Of a DNA stretch of 64,000 nucleotides, positions 13,436-27,681 are shown piece after piece. Where the stretch lies: contig NC_087437.1 of the NCBI RefSeq assembly GCF_036321535.1, positions 97,342,001 to 97,406,000 of the forward strand. The letters are read 5' to 3'. This DNA comes from Camelus dromedarius (taxonomy: Eukaryota). Each line of letters starts with the position of its first letter. Positions within the stretch are counted from its first letter, which is position 1. Both the position numbers and the translations under genes were made by a program. Under the pieces are notes generated by a model. The model was not told the origin of the DNA, did no database searches, and saw nothing but the letters and a program-made list of their open reading frames with translations.

Positions 13436-13694
13436 GATTAAAAAAATAAATAAAAAGCTTTGTATTTTCTTTTAAAAAAGTGACTTTAAAATTTGCTTTG
13501 AAAACCATCATTTTCTTGTGTCTCATATGTGGTTTTCCTATTGAAAAAATAAAATTAAAGATTTTCCTAAATAAGATCATATATTTTGCCTTTAACTTGA
13601 TCATTTCATAAACTCACATGTCCTTTTTAAAGCTTTGGTTGTTGGTTTTTTTATAAGTGATAAAAGAGAAAATCCCACAGATTAAAGAATGTGA

Positions 13695-13771
13695 GGGGGT
13701 GGGGGTATATCTCAGTGACAGAGCATATGCTTAGCATGCACAAGGTCCTGGGTTCAATCCCCAGTACCTCT

Positions 13772-13837
<66 letters not shown>

Positions 13838-13850
13838 TAAAATAAAAATA
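13695..13850 (+). mobile_element. tRNA-derived camelid-type SINE (Vic-1-like) with a (TAA)n tail
   Basis: gggtatatctcagtgacagagcatatgcttagcatgcacaaggtcctgggttcaatccccagtacctc has A/B boxes; about 21 TAA units at 13773-13835; degenerate TSD aaagaatgtga / aaataatttga. Confidence 0.9.
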
Positions 13851-13924
13851 ATTTGAACAGCAAATCGGTCCTCTGGTTCTGTTAAGAATGTATTAAATTC
13901 TTTTATGCAAAGAACACTTCATTT

Positions 13925-14135
13925 GGCACTGTCTGATTCAAATTCTAGCTCTGACAATTCTTTGCTGGGAAAATGTGGGATCAGTGTCTCCATTTTCTCT
14001 CTGTACAATGCGACTCATAATAGTATTTACCTCACAGGACTGTAGTGAAGCTTAAGTGAGCTACTGAATGTATAACACTTTTGCAGTTGCTCAAAATATA
14101 GATACTATACAATACATAGTGGCTATTGTTATTAT
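13925..14135 (+). mobile_element. MIR SINE
   Basis: gattcaaattctagctctg...ctgtacaatg...ataatagtatttacctcacaggactgtagtgaagcttaagtgag. Confidence 0.7.
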
Positions 14136-15129
14136 CACGGTATTTATTAAAATTGATAAATATCCCAGGCCTTTGAAAAGCTTAAGTATAGTTGAGGATA
14201 AAGAACAAATAAATATATACAGTACAAAATATTCCATAGTGCAACAAAAATAAATATTTTATCACAAGTTGATATTTAAGGGTTGATAGATATGAAGTAG
14301 ATCAATTAGGGAAAATTGACGGAATCTGAATGAAGATGGTGTGTTTTGTACTAGATCCTGAAGGAGGACATGGCCTTCCACCAATGCAGTGTTGGTGATA
14401 AGGACCAAATGAAGGGTGTGGTTCAAGCAAAGGCAGAGAAAGTGCCTGCGGACTTGCTTGCCTCAAGGGCTCACCTTGAGTGAGAAATCCGGCTGGGCAG
14501 CAGCAGACACAGGTCCATATCTGCTTGCTAGAAAATACAGCATTTTAGAAAATAGTTTATTTTCTTTAGCTAGAACACTTGCCTAGTATTTCATCCCAAG
14601 ATGGTATTTGTTCCCCTGGAATAAAGAATTTTATGGGAGGAACTTGCATGGGGAGGAAATTATAGAGAGAAGACACTAGAGTATCATTTTGCAGAGCAAG
14701 TTAAGGTTAGAACAAATGTGGTCAGCATTCTAGATTTTAAATCTCGAGATCAGAGCTCCCATGAAAAGGAAGAGCTGCTGAAATCATTCTTGAGGCACTG
14801 AGAAGAGTAAGGAGAGGACCAGAAAGAGACAGGAACATTACATCTATCCCAGGTCTGGCCATATCTCGCCCTATAACCTCAAGCCAGTAACACACCATCT
14901 TTAGGTTTCAGTTTTCACCTCTGAAAATGAAGAAAATATCTGAGTAATACATCTATCACTATGAGTCTATGACTATTTTATCTAATTGAGACAAGTGCAT
15001 AAAGCAGAAGGATGTTTGGAACTAAAACTCTTAGCTCCACCCATTTCATGGAAGAAGGGCTTCAAAAATCATCATTTTAATTCTTGTATTATTTTGAAAA
15101 TCAAGGAATTGCCAACTAAATTAAGTGTC

Positions 15130-15597
15130 TGTTGATCTGATTCTACAAGAATTAGGTCATTAGTCACTAGAATCACTGACCAGCAACATACCCTGAAGGG
15201 AGTTCAGGGTGGAGATCAGGAATGAGGCACTCAGTGATCTGGGGAAAAAAAACTGGCAGAACAGATCTTCAGATAGTTAGATATTTTTAGGAGAAAACTT
15301 CATGAACCTAATCTCTTAAATCTTCTCATACCTAGGAAAGCACTAAAATCAGTAACAGGGACATCAGCTCCTCGTGGCTAGCAGCAACCTTCTGCGGAGA
15401 TGCCTGCTTGGTTGCATGTATCCCTTTCAGCAAAACCCTATCTGTACTGACCTTCCCCTACCTCTTCAGAGCAGTTCCTCAGAGCCATCTGAGAGGCTGT
15501 CTCCCGGGCTATAGTTCTTAGTAAGCCCCAAGTAAAACTGGACTCACAGCTCTCACATTGTGTGTGTTTTTCATTTTGTTTTGTTTTCTAGTCCACA
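15130..15597 (+). mobile_element. Solo LTR of the same family as 4919-5405
   Basis: Shares ccctgaa.ggagttcagggtgg...aatgaggcac and agcactaaaatca.taac...ctagcagcaa with 4919-5405; TG...CA ends; no clean TSD, so the boundaries are approximate. Confidence 0.82.
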
Positions 15598-15796
15598 GGA
15601 TATACATTTTAGCTGATTCATGCTGAGTATTGCAGACAGGGAAATATACTGTAAAGTCAGAACTAGAATCATGGAGAGAGGGACACAGATATAACGCTAC
15701 AAAAATTGATACTGTGTTATGAGGGGATCAAAGACCAGCAAGGGGAAAATAAAACAAAAACAGAAACAAGTGAAGAGATAATACATAAAGTTGTAA

Positions 15797-15928
15797 GAAC
15801 ATGAAAATGAATATATACATGTATATGCATGACTGGGACATTGTGCTGTACACCAGAAATTGACACATGGTAACTGACTGTACCTCAATAAAATTTTTTT
15901 AAAATAAAAAAATTAAAAAAATAAAAAG
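15797..15928 (+). mobile_element. Very short LINE-1 3' end with A-rich tail
   Basis: atgaaaatgaatatatacatgtatatgcatgactgggacattgtgctgtacaccagaaattgacac...caataaaa. Confidence 0.85.
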
Positions 15929-16631
15929 CTACTGTTATATAATACTAATCTAGAATCATGACTGATGTTTCAGTTCTTCCTAACCTACAAAGTACTGCAT
16001 TATATATTATCCGATTTCATCATCACAAGCCTGTAAGGCAAAACTTATCAAGTGAAAAATTTCATTTCTTGCTCAAATTCATGAAACCAAGATCTTTGGA
16101 ATTTCGATCTGGGAGCCCTTCACAAAAGTAATCAGCAACCACTGTAGGCTAAGAAATACTGTGCTGTGAGTGAACAGAATTTGATGATGATTTTTGCAGC
16201 AATGTGAATGAAGTTTGCTTAGAAAGGGGAGAGAAGGAAGGTTACTGCAGTTATGTAGTACTCAACAGAACAGGGCTTAAAGAGGGCTGGGTAGGAGTGT
16301 GGAGCTGCATGGGCGACTGAAATGTGCTGTTGAGGAAGGCTCCTGGTCCTAGTGACCCAGGGTATGCTGAATTTGGTTGCAGAGATTTAGCCTGTGAAGG
16401 GTGGCTGCTGCTGCTGTTAACTCTGAATTAGTTGCCAACACTTAACAGCTGAGAGATTTTGCATGAAAGTTTGAATTTCCAGCTTTTAAAATTTTCAGAA
16501 GGTCTGGCACCAATTTCCTGGAAGTAGGCGGTAGCTATGCTCTCCCAAGTATAATACCTCTCTAGTTTGTCCAAAGCCCAAATTTCTCCCTGTTTTTTCT
16601 TTTCTTTAAAAAACAAACAAACACTTTATAG

Positions 16632-16862
16632 AGCCTATAGTTAACAATAATGTAATGTATACTTAAAAATTTACTAAGAGGGTAGATCTTACATTGTGTT
16701 CTTATTAAAATATTAATAAAGAGGGCAGGAAGAAATTTTGGAGATGATGGACAAGTTTACAGCATAGATTGTGGTGATGGTTTCACAGATACAGACTTAT
16801 CTCCAGACTCATCAAGTTGTATACATTAAATATATACCGATTTTTATGTCAATCACACCTAT
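16632..16862 (+). mobile_element. Old LINE-1 3'UTR fragment (L1MB-like)
   Basis: ctatagttaacaataatgtaatgtatacttaaaaatttactaagagggtagatctta...gattgtggtgatggtttcacag. Confidence 0.8.
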
Positions 16863-19595
16863 TGTTCCTTAAACTTGATTTTCTTTATACATTGCTATTA
16901 CTTTTCTGATTCCTGGGGACTTCCAGGTTTGCAAGATTCAGTTCAGAGTCTGAGATTCTTGAAGATCATAGGAGAATTTTCTCCCCTCTGTTCACCATGA
17001 GCGTTCCAAAATGCTACATGTGGAAGAAGATTAGTTAAGATACCATCTAGCCTTAGGGGCAACACCAAGTATATAAATAGGAGGAGAAAAGGTTACAAAA
17101 CACAGAGTAAAGGGCAGTCATAAAAATAAAATCCCAGTGTTCTACCAAAGCCAGACACTCAACTATATCAAAGTCAGTAAAAATAACCTTTTCCATTTTA
17201 TGCCCTTTTCTATTTTTCTTGTCCAGAAAAGCAAGGTATGTATTCTTTAAAAAAGTAGAGTGCTTACTGAAGTTCAAAAATTTTTTCATATGCCACCAAC
17301 GTTTTGTTATTACCTCAGAATAAATCACTAATTCAGTGAATTGAAGGAGGAAGAAAAACACAAAGCTAGTTAAATTTTATTCAAGTCACCAAATGTTCAT
17401 ATTCTTTCACAAAGACTAAATTATAACATTTAATATATATTAAGTGTTGTGACCTTAACTCTTAATAATGTAAAACGTAATAAAATGCACATAGGAATAG
17501 TAGACACACAGGGATCCCATTTGCCACGGGTCTGATGATTAAACAAGATGAAGATTCCACTTCCACGAGACAGGCTTCTGAATGTGACAACAGGCGTGTT
17601 CCACTTAAAGCCAACTGAATAAAAATAATTTCTAAAATTATTTTTAGAATTCAAAGAGCCATGCTATACATTTCCTCCAATAATAGTAAAGTGGATCTGA
17701 AAGAAAAGTGCCTTTTCTATAAAATACTGTCTTACTCTTTCTCTCTCCAGTTCTACAATGGTCCTTCTCAACCACTGCCTACTACATCTGCAAAATATAA
17801 ACTAAACAGCACATCAGAGACTGCATTTTTCAATACAGTATATCATTTCAACCATATATATATACTAATATATACAATCAACTAAAAAAAAATGCATATA
17901 ATACTTTTTTCTACTCTGAGACCAGAACTTAATATAAAGGCAAACAGAACCATCAAAATACTTTTAGGCTCATTTTAATTCTATATCATTTCGGATTAAA
18001 ATATTTTGGCTATTTTGATTTTAATTACATATGGTAATTAAATTTTAAGTTATATTTACTCTTTTTATATATTAAAGTTAACTTGTTGCTTATGACCATG
18101 AGGCAGGTTATATAACAAAATAATATAACAATGTAATAAATTCAAATTTTGAACCTAGCTTCAAACTCTATACGCAAGCAGAGTTTAGGAAACACCATAT
18201 GTCGTATGATAGGATGAATAACCGAAATTTGCACCACTCTTAAAATTGTATAAGAAATTTAAATTTGTTGCTAAAAAATATCTCACAGCTTTACAGGTAA
18301 AGAAGATCAAGGAAAGAAACTCTAGAGCTTTTCCATCACTGCAAACAGAATAGCTTTCTATTCTATGACAAAATTCATAGGAAGCTTTTATTTGCAAAAT
18401 TAAGGTATTATGGTTAAAAGACAAGTCTGAGCATAACTAAACTGGGATCCAAACTCCCCTTAATTTTGATAAGAAATTCAGATTGAAAGTTGGAGTAAAT
18501 GTCAAAATTATAGAATTCTTTAGCTGTTCCTTTCCTGATTCCCATTCAGGCTCTTTCCTAGTAAAACGCATTGCAACATCGTTCTCAGTGCCCTTTGTTT
18601 TGTGTGTGTGTGTGTGTTTTTGTTTTGTATTCACTCTCATTGTTTCTTTATATCTTATTGTACGAAAAATTGAGAAAAAAATATGAAACAGAAAAAAGTT
18701 TGCTACGGGTCCTTTCTAGTGGCTCCTTCAGGTTCATCACTCCTTTCACTGTTTTGAGCTATTTTATAACTCTCTAAGCTGTAGAATGCTGACAGAAATG
18801 CAAATTGTATCCAGGAGATATGCGATTGGCTATTGTCTTGTGGATATTGACCAGGTTTGCATACGTTTGTAAATTCATTTCAGCATTCCTGTGTGGTCCT
18901 GCGAAATCCCCTTTGAACTAGTTGTGCCTTCTAACTGGCTCTGTCATCAACTAATGAATTAAATAAAAGCTTTGATATATGTCTGTCTTATATTTGCATG
19001 AATCATGATTATCTTTTAAAATAAATGTTCTTTGACACTTTATTTTTCAGTCAATTCTATTCAGCCTTCCACTCTCATCTTGCAACTGAAATTGTTCCTG
19101 AAATATTTCTAATTATTTCCTATTAAAGCAAAGTCCTCTTCCTAGTCTTTCTCCAATTTGACCTCTGTGGATTTTGGTACTCTCACCCATCATTCTAGAC
19201 ATATTTGCCTCTTTTGACTTCAGAATGCTATTCTTTATTGTTTTCTATTCTACTTTCATGATCACTACCTCTCATGCCATTAGAATTAGCCCTATGTGAT
19301 TTGTAGAAACTGGAGCTTATGTTCACTTTCTGGATTTATTAAATTTACTGTATATATTCTCCCCTCCCCCAGGGCATGTGCATCTAACTCACCAGCATTG
19401 GTGTCCCACTTGCTCTTATCCTTGACCCTCATCTGGATCACCACCACTCTTTTATGCAGAGTGATTTTTTTCTGTGGTTTTGACCATATATAGACAACCA
19501 CCAAATATGTTCTGAATATTTTTAGGAATCTAGAATAATTTTATTATGTATTCTCTTCATTAAAGATCTCTGTTGCCCACCATTTTATACCAGAT

Positions 19596-20108
19596 TGTAA
19601 AGAACTGTGAAAGGTCTAGATTTTACTCTGCTTGTAAGCTATTAAGATAGGATAACATGGATTCATGGGTACTGGCAGCAGAAACAAGACTCCTGGTTCA
19701 GAAACAGGGAACTCTGTTACTCTTGGTTCAGTGGGCAGCATGAACTTACTATTCATGTGGGTTCTCCTGGTTCTCTAAATCCCATGGGGTTGGAAATGTG
19801 GATGTGGGCCTGGGCTGATGCTGTGCACACTAGGTTTGCATCACAGCTAAGAAAACCCAAGCTTAGGAAACCCCAATCTTTTACAAGGTGCTGAATGAAA
19901 ACCTGCCCACTATTTGTCTCAGAGAGAGACATTATTTTTATTATATTTCACAGGAAACAAATCTGCCCTCTGCTCAGAGAGACACTATTGCTAACTTCCA
20001 AGGCTGTTTAATATCTTGAAAATATAAACAAGAATAAAAGCCATAAGTGCTTCTGCTCACAAGATTTGCAAAAACATAAGACCTCTCTGCAGAACTGACT
20101 CTCAAACA
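19596..20108 (-). mobile_element. ERVL solo LTR (LTR40-like)
   Basis: tgtaaagaactgtgaaaggtctagattttactctgcttgtaagct...agactcctggttcagaaaca...ctctcaaaca resembles reverse LTR40 as recalled. Confidence 0.7.
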
Positions 20109-22894
20109 AAGTCAAAATTCTTGAATAAGCACCTGTGAGCTTTCAGAAACTGGAACTTACCTTATTTATTTAGCACTGTATATGCCTCAGAGCATCTAAT
20201 GAATAAACTTTACACTTCATACATAAAGAACTAAGGGTATGGAATTAAATAAATGATTAGTGACTATCACATTGATGAAGAGATGAAGATTAGAATTAAT
20301 TCATTTCAGTTTCTAATCCATGTTATTTTAGCTGGATTTTATGACACTATCTCCCTGCTATTTTTCCTGGGGGCAAAAAAAGAGAGAGAGAGAGAGAGAG
20401 AAATTTTAGAAAGGAAAATAGCAACCTCCCTAGAAAATAAAAGACAGTAAAAGGCAATGAGATTAGGGTACTCGGCCTAAGAATATAATAACTATTCAAC
20501 TGTTACAAAAATAGTGTTCAGTCTTAGTTGACAGATGGGTAAATGTGCCTGAAAGGATGCTTCCAGCCCCCTTAACTGGCTGCTGATCCTTAGGAAAGAA
20601 GAACAGTTGATTAACTGTGATAATTTCCACTGCTGCTCCCCAAATCAAGAAAACATCGGTCATTACTTAAAATTCAAAGCCTGCATTATACCTTACATTC
20701 ATTTGAAATCATGGGATTATTAGTAGTAAAGGGTAATGGAGAAAGAAATCAAAGTAAGTCACCCAGATTAAGTAGAGATGTTTAGAAAAGTTTAAAAAAA
20801 TAGAGACTATAATGTAATTAATTACATGTTGAGAAATATCTGTGGTGAGGAAGATAATAGTCAAACTGGAAAGTCAGACCACAAATTTTGGAAAAATATC
20901 TGAAAAATTATTTTAAAAAAGGAGATCAAGAACAAGTGAAGTTCCAACATAAGTCTGTTCTGTTTCAGGTTTGTTCCACTTCCTTAAACTAAATGAAAAT
21001 ATCAACCAATGTTTACATGGTAACTACACTTGTCTGTAATTCTATGAAAATAAACAAAAGGATTTTGGGAGAATTAATAGGCTATGAAGAATTTATAAAA
21101 TAGAGTATGATATATTTATTATTTTTTTGTAAATTGTGTGCTACACATCCTTTCTATCAGTAAAATTTCATTACAAAAAGGAGATCAAGCAACAGTCAAT
21201 GAGCAAAACAAAATTAATACAATAGCAATACAACCATGAAAAAAGGTATTTTGCAAATAACATCATGAATAACTATAGATCACTAGATTTCACATTTGTA
21301 ATTTTTAATGAAACATTTCCTTTAGTTAAGGGAATTTTTATAACATATTGCAAGTTAGTTGAAAGCTTAATTTTTGGTACTCAGAATAAACTTCACATTG
21401 AAATTGATTTTAAAAACATTATAAGAATACAAGATTGCTTTGCTTTTTAAAACTGAAACCTCCTTAAAATAGTTGCCTTTTAATATAAAGTTGGATAAAA
21501 ATTTATTGCTTTTTGAGGATTAGTGATGATAAAAAATAAAGAACCTAAAATAATCATTAATGTTAACACATAATATCAAACATACAGCTTAAAGAATATT
21601 AACATTGATCCAAATCAAAATCATACTAATATCTTACAAAGGTATTTACTATAAATCGTAGGAAGTTTTACACTGAAGAAAAAAAAGTGTTCCGTTTAAG
21701 TAAGAAGCTTAAGAAAAAATAGTAAGAGACAACTTTTGTTAAAGTTGTATGTTAAGATAAAGAAAAATGAAAGGGTACAATTTTGAGTCTCTCTTGTCCA
21801 ACAGATCAGCAGATGATGAGAAAAATATAGAATATATTCCTTTCTAGAAAAATTTCATGAGGGTCAATAAAATATGCCAAGAGTTGAGATTTAAGGAAAC
21901 ATGTTAGTCTGTTTTCCAATGGTACAGGCATACATTTAAAACAGATTTCTTTCAAACATATTTCTTCTCTCTCCTATACCCAAAAAAGGTTTTATTTTAT
22001 AAGATCTATTATTGACTTATTTTATTGCTGCTAATCTGAACCTAAATGTCAATAACGTGGGAAAGTGATTAATTCTATACTCCCAGGATGCTGCTTTTAA
22101 TTGCATGAGGATTTATTATACAACAGATGTCTTTAAACATCTGATTAATCAGAGAAAAAGAGTTAAATAGTATTCTCTGTAACTTTTAGTTGAACACTTG
22201 AATTTAAATCTGTAAACCTTCTCCTACTATAACAATACATTTTCAAGCCAGCATCTATTTCAGGTCTTTAATTCAAATTGATTTTTGATATTGCAAAAAA
22301 GTTGCTATAGAGAAATATTTTAAATTCAGAAATTTAGAATTAATGGTTAGAACTTAAATTTTACAGCCCTCCTCAATTTTTAGAAACTGGTCCCTGAGAA
22401 CTGAATTTTGCAAGAGGAACTCATTCATCTTAAGAGGGTCTAGGATGGAGAAGAGGTGAGCAATTATCATCCCTCATGGGTAATCTTTGTATAGACTAAT
22501 GAGTGATTCAATGAGAATACTAAAGAAATATCTTATGCCATTTTCTGACTTTTGTGAGTTTTCATGGACTATACTTTTAATCTTTCCCAGGTAGGACTGG
22601 AATCCTAAAATATTAGACTTCCTAGTAACAGGTAATCTTAAGCATTCTCATGCCTGCAAATACTAACTTTTTCTGATAACTCTAAATCAGCAGATCAAGA
22701 TTCTTCTTTTAGATCTAGGCTTATTTAGTTAATTACCCAGTGAACACCTCTCACAGGCAACAAAAGCTTTTCTTAAATCTTTTCTTTGTCTTTTTATCCT
22801 AATGATGACATTATCACCAATTGCCCAATGTGTCAACCTAACACTTTTCATCTCTGCTGCATCTATAGCTCATCATACACCAAGTCCTCCTGTT

Positions 22895-23190
22895 CTTTTC
22901 ATTGAAAACTTTAGTGAGATAACTGCAGATTCACACTCAGTTGCAAGAAAAAATAGAGCTCTTTACCCAGTTGTTCTCAATGGTAACAACTTACAAAGTT
23001 CTAGTATATCACAACTAGGATATTGATTGGCATTACTACAATCTACAGATATTATTCGTGTTTCCTCAGTTTTGTTTGTTGCCGTGTGTGTGTGTGGTGT
23101 TTATGTCTATACAATTTTATCACATGGATTTGTGTATCTACCACCACAGTAAAGATACTGAATAGTTACATCATCACAAGAATCCTGCCT
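22895..23190 (-). mobile_element. Old LINE-1 3'UTR fragment (L1MC-like)
   Basis: gagataactgcagattcacactcagttgcaagaaa...caatggtaacaacttacaaagttctagtatatcacaactaggatattga. Confidence 0.75.
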
Positions 23191-24275
23191 TTTTTTAAAA
23201 TTCTCTATTTCTCTTATTTATAGTCTCCTCTCCATTTCTCATATCCTGTGTCAGAACAGCCTCCGTTCAGATACCCCGACTCTCGACTACCAGTTCCTCC
23301 AATGTACCTTCTACAATGCATTTATAAATTGAAAATCTGAGTCTATCAATTCTTTAAGCAACTATCAGGGAAAGTGATTCTCTAAGCCTCTGATTTACAC
23401 AGTGGAAAAATTCTGCAAATTTGAGCAAAAAGTTATTGGCATAGCTTACAAAGAAGAAATCAAAAATTTTTTTGCTGCTTGTCCTATTAGTACATTATTT
23501 AGTGACAAATGAGTATCTATGGATTTAGTGGCCCCTATAAACATTCACCTGAAAAATTTTATAAGAAATTGATAGAAATGATGTGCCTAATTTATTTTTA
23601 TATTTAGAAATATTAAGCCAAATGGCCTAACAGCTCTTGCTTTTTAGATTTTTTTCATGTCACCCCAGCCACAGCCTGGTAACTGAAGTAAAAACCAGAC
23701 ATGAATCTGGGGAAGTAAAATTACTGCTACTAAAGGTGAATTTTTTTTGAAAATACTGTTATAACTACCAATTTATTTTACCGACAGCTATAGATTGCTA
23801 TTAATGATTTATATATTGACTATCATAGCGTATCACATTACTTCTGAGAGTATGCTGCTTTGCTGTTGATCATTTGTCTTATGGTTTCTAGAAATTTGTT
23901 GACTCCTCTCCATTTTTCTCCTTTCAAGATAAGTGTTCTCTTGAGAGTTAAGCATGTAGCTTACTTGAAATTTATCCAAACTACTTCCTACCCATCCTAC
24001 CTAAAGTGAATTATGTAAATTAAAATAGAGATCATGTGTGCTAGTGCTTACCTGGTTCAGATAAGAAGGGCAATAAAGACTTGTCAGAATCTTTTCTTTC
24101 TCCTCTCACATGATAATAGTATGACTCAGTGGTTATAAAGTGTGGCAACTAGTTTTTATGTTAGATATTATTTATAATGTTGTGTTTAGCCATATTATAT
24201 GCTGTTTTTAAAATTCTTACAAATTTCTAATTAAAACGCCTGTGTCTGGCAAAGAATCTGATCTCTTTAAAATAT

Positions 24276-24684
24276 TGTGGTTTGTCTTACGTGTTAACTT
24301 GGTTAGGCTACAGTGCCCAATTACTTAATCAAACATTGACCGAAGTGATTCTGTGAAGGTATTCTGTAGATGTGGTTAACATTTACAATCAGTTGACTTT
24401 ACATAAAGTGCATTACCATCCACAATGTGGGTGAATCTTATTCAGTCAGTTGAAGGCTTTAAGAACAAAAACAGATTTCCTGTGGAAGAAGGAATTATAC
24501 CTCAAGAATACAACATCAACTTTCTCCTAAGTTTCCAGCCTTCAGGTGCGCCCTACAGATTTCGGTCTTGTGAGCCCTCAATCCTATGAGCCAATTCCTT
24601 AAAATAAATCTCTCCTCTCTCTAGATAGATAGATACTGATATTTCCTATTGGTTTTATTTTTCTAGAGAATCTTGACTGATACA
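24276..24684 (+). mobile_element. ERVL solo LTR (MLT2-like)
   Basis: tgtggtttg...tgtgggtgaatcttattcagtcagttgaaggc...agccaattccttaaaataaatctc...ctagagaatcttgactgataca. Confidence 0.85.
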
Positions 24685-26912
24685 ACTAACACATTTATCA
24701 ATGATACAAATATTATTGATTAATGAGATACACATATTGACAGCATAGTAAAATCACCCTAATCGTTTAAATGGACAGTGGTAATTATCTCCTCAGATCC
24801 ATCCATCCTTCTTTCATCAAGTAGTAGCCACTAGCTTAAGTCACAGATTGGAAATGAACCCACCTTTGGTTCCAGAGTTAGGTTATTAGTCAAAACCAAT
24901 TTGCATAATTCCAGTATGCTCATCACCATCCATGTTTGCTACACGAATAGTGATGGAGACATGTTATGTCAGTTTAATATGTCCATCTTCCATATTAAAC
25001 CCAGCCTATATCTTATGACTTAACTCATTTACTTACTGCTCAGCTTGGTGACATTTCATCACCTTATATAGAAGCACTGAAAGCTTCAGTCCTCTGGCTC
25101 TCTGAATCTCCAAAATTTGCTTCTTGTGATCATTACCTTATCATTGTTATTTTTCTGTCTTCCATATAAAACATAATCCTCACGATGTTCATCACCACAG
25201 TTCCCTAGAGTCTATACGGTGCCCCGGTAAACTTCTTGGTGAAAGAAAGAACTGAAACTAGCAACATTATCAAAGCATCACTTTTCAAATTCAAGTGAAA
25301 TGTTTAAAGCATCCACTGAAGATTTTATTCTAGCTTCAAACTAATTCAGCCATCTTTAACTGACTGTTCCTTTATCCACATCTTTAACTGTTTTAGCTTC
25401 TTTTTCTTCTTCAGTTCTTACAGAAAACACTTACATAAGTGACTCCAAAAGAGGATGCTCATGACTTCTTTCCTATAGTTGATGCTAAAAATAAGTTTTG
25501 CTTTGGAAGTATTTACTGAAAAATATGACACTCTGCTAGAGAATTTACAAGTATGATCCAGTACAGAAATTGACCATTTTACCACCAAACCAAGTGTTAT
25601 AAAATGAAAGTTGTGAAATCACACCATCTGGGTATAACTGTAGATTTATATTAATTTCATCCAGGGCATGAGTGTGCTTTTTTCCCCCTTCTTGCCTAAA
25701 TCTACAGCTGTTCACTGGCAAAGGAAACCACCTCATCTCTTGCCTGGCACCTGCCTCTTTCATTTCATGTCTCCTTCATGCTCTCCCTCAACTATCTGGA
25801 GGTAGATTCTTTTTTAATGTCACTTTGGAAATTATGAGCACACCACCAGTTAATAACTCTTTCAGCCTGATGACAAATTTGGTCATCTATCTTCCGTTAC
25901 AAGAATACAATTACAGATGGTGTTTAGACCCCAGTAACTTAATCAAAAGGCTTTGGGAGTAGGACGGGTGCCACTGATAAGAACTCTTTCCTTCCGTCAT
26001 CGTATTGTTTTCAGCTATAATCAGTCAGAAAAGACTATGTTCTAAAGACTGAAGCTGCAGTTGCATAGAAGCATAAGTATCCAATTACTTTGATAGTTTC
26101 TTGGATTTACAGAGCTCTGATCATCGAGATGAATTATAGGAATAAAAATGTATGTTTAATTTTTACCCTCTGGAGTCAAAGTTTGAAAATAACACCATTT
26201 GAAATATCACAGACTTTCACCCATGGAATTTAATTAAATAATGAAAATAATATCAAAACTCATTGGAGAAAATGGAGAGAAGTTAAAAAATAAACTTTTA
26301 AAATCTTTCTAGGTTTTTGGTAATACTAGTTAGCACTTATTTAGCACTTGCAACTTGCAAAGCGTTTTTTCAAGGGCTTAACCAGATTTATTACCTTGTT
26401 TTATTCTCAGGGCATCCCTACATCATTCATTTCACCCATGAAATCTGAAATACAGGGATGTTACTTGCCCAAGGACAGACTCCTTAGAAAAAGCAGAGTT
26501 AGAACATGTCAGACTGGTTTTATGGTCAATGTTATGGAAATATGGCAAACTCAACCTCTTCTATATGCAAACTGATTATTAACTCCTTATGCACTGAGAT
26601 GGCTCTGAAAATATGATGTATTTGAAAATTTCATTCACAATATGACTTCTGGTGCGCAATGAAAAAGAATCGAGTTTATACAAATCTAATTTCAGTGTAC
26701 AATAAAGATGCAAACTGAGAAGGCTAGTCGCAACTAGGTATTCTATTTGTTCCCCCAAAATTCATTGAGTAATCTTTGTAAAATGTTACTTGTTTCCTGA
26801 TATGCAATTTCAAATATTCCTGGTAATAGATTGTTATTCACACATGATTTTGAGGGCAAAAACAAATGTAACTATATAATTTCTGAATATTATATAATTC
26901 TGTTAATGTATA

Positions 26913-27190
26913 ACAGTATTTCTTTAAGTGAACTCCATTATTCATTGGCCCCAGGACCTTGGTCAAATACGTATGGCAAATTTTCTGTATTTCATCCCAC
27001 TGTTAGAAATTCATAAGTACTTTTAACATATCAAAGGGTCTGAAATGCCTTGCAGAGAAGGAAGTATCAGTCTAACATTATTTAACCCATTGTTTTCCAA
27101 TGTATTTGAAGATGGACTGAAGATAGTCTAATACCCTGAAGAGTCCCTTAGAAGCAATATTTTTCAAATCATCTTTTGAGAAATACTGGC
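26913..27190. mobile_element. hAT-Charlie fossil (MER103-like)
   Basis: acatatcaaagggtctgaaatgccttgcag...tttaacccattgttttccaa...tttgagaaatactg; ends cagtatttct / agaaatactg are inverted. Confidence 0.55.
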
Positions 27191-27329
27191 CAAAATTAGA
27201 AAGTCTGGTTTATCAAATATTCTTTCTTATCCTAGTTTCCTGTTAGTCAAATATATTTTGGGACTATTGTATCCTTTCTTGTCTCTCTTGCAAAAAATAC
27301 AGTACAATAATTTTCTTCAGTATAGTATT

Positions 27330-27579
27330 TTTTCCTTTATAAATTTTTATTGAAGTATAATTGATTTACAACATTGTGGTAGTTTCCAGTGCACAGCATA
27401 GTGATTCAGTTTTATATACATACATATATATAAAATATTCTTTTTCATTGCAGATCATTACAAAATACTGAATAAACTTCCTTGTGCTATACAGTAGGAC
27501 ATTATTATCTATTTCATATATATAGTAGCTTGTATCTGTTAATCCCCAACTCCTAATTTATCCCTCCCCCCCCCCTTTG
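27330..27579 (-). mobile_element. 5'-truncated LINE-1 3'UTR with a 12-bp TSD
   Basis: tttattgaagtataattgatttacaacattgtg...ttgtgctatacagtagg...tcctaatttatccctcccc; TSD cagtatagtatt at 27318-27329 and 27580-27591. Confidence 0.9.
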
Positions 27580-27681
27580 CAGTATAGTATTATTATTCTG
27601 TAGAACTGTGACCACCTTCATTAAACACAATATGGTGAATAGCACCAATAATTGAAACCACCTGTGTCAACATGACTTGCT

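Noticed and set aside
13695..13770. tRNA-like sequences (also near 30050, 51533 and 54633)
   Set aside because: SINE heads with A-rich tails and degenerate stems, not tRNA genes
13651..13863. Poly-isoleucine ORF resembling a membrane peptide
   Set aside because: Antisense translation of the (TAA)n SINE tail
4919..15597. Possible full-length provirus between paired LTRs
   Set aside because: No PBS, gag, pol or env; the first LTR has TSDs on both sides; ancient repeats lie in between
15663..15960. 11-bp direct repeat ctagaatcatg around the short L1 end, a possible TSD or transduction
   Set aside because: The second copy is about 20 nt beyond the A-tail with no new poly(A) before it; probably coincidence
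17532..17582. C-box/D-box-like motifs (tgatga...ctga)
   Set aside because: Too short for a C/D snoRNA and no terminal stem
20916..21190. 15-bp repeat aaaaaggagatcaag about 260 bp apart
   Set aside because: Short and A-rich, with no element recognisable between the copies
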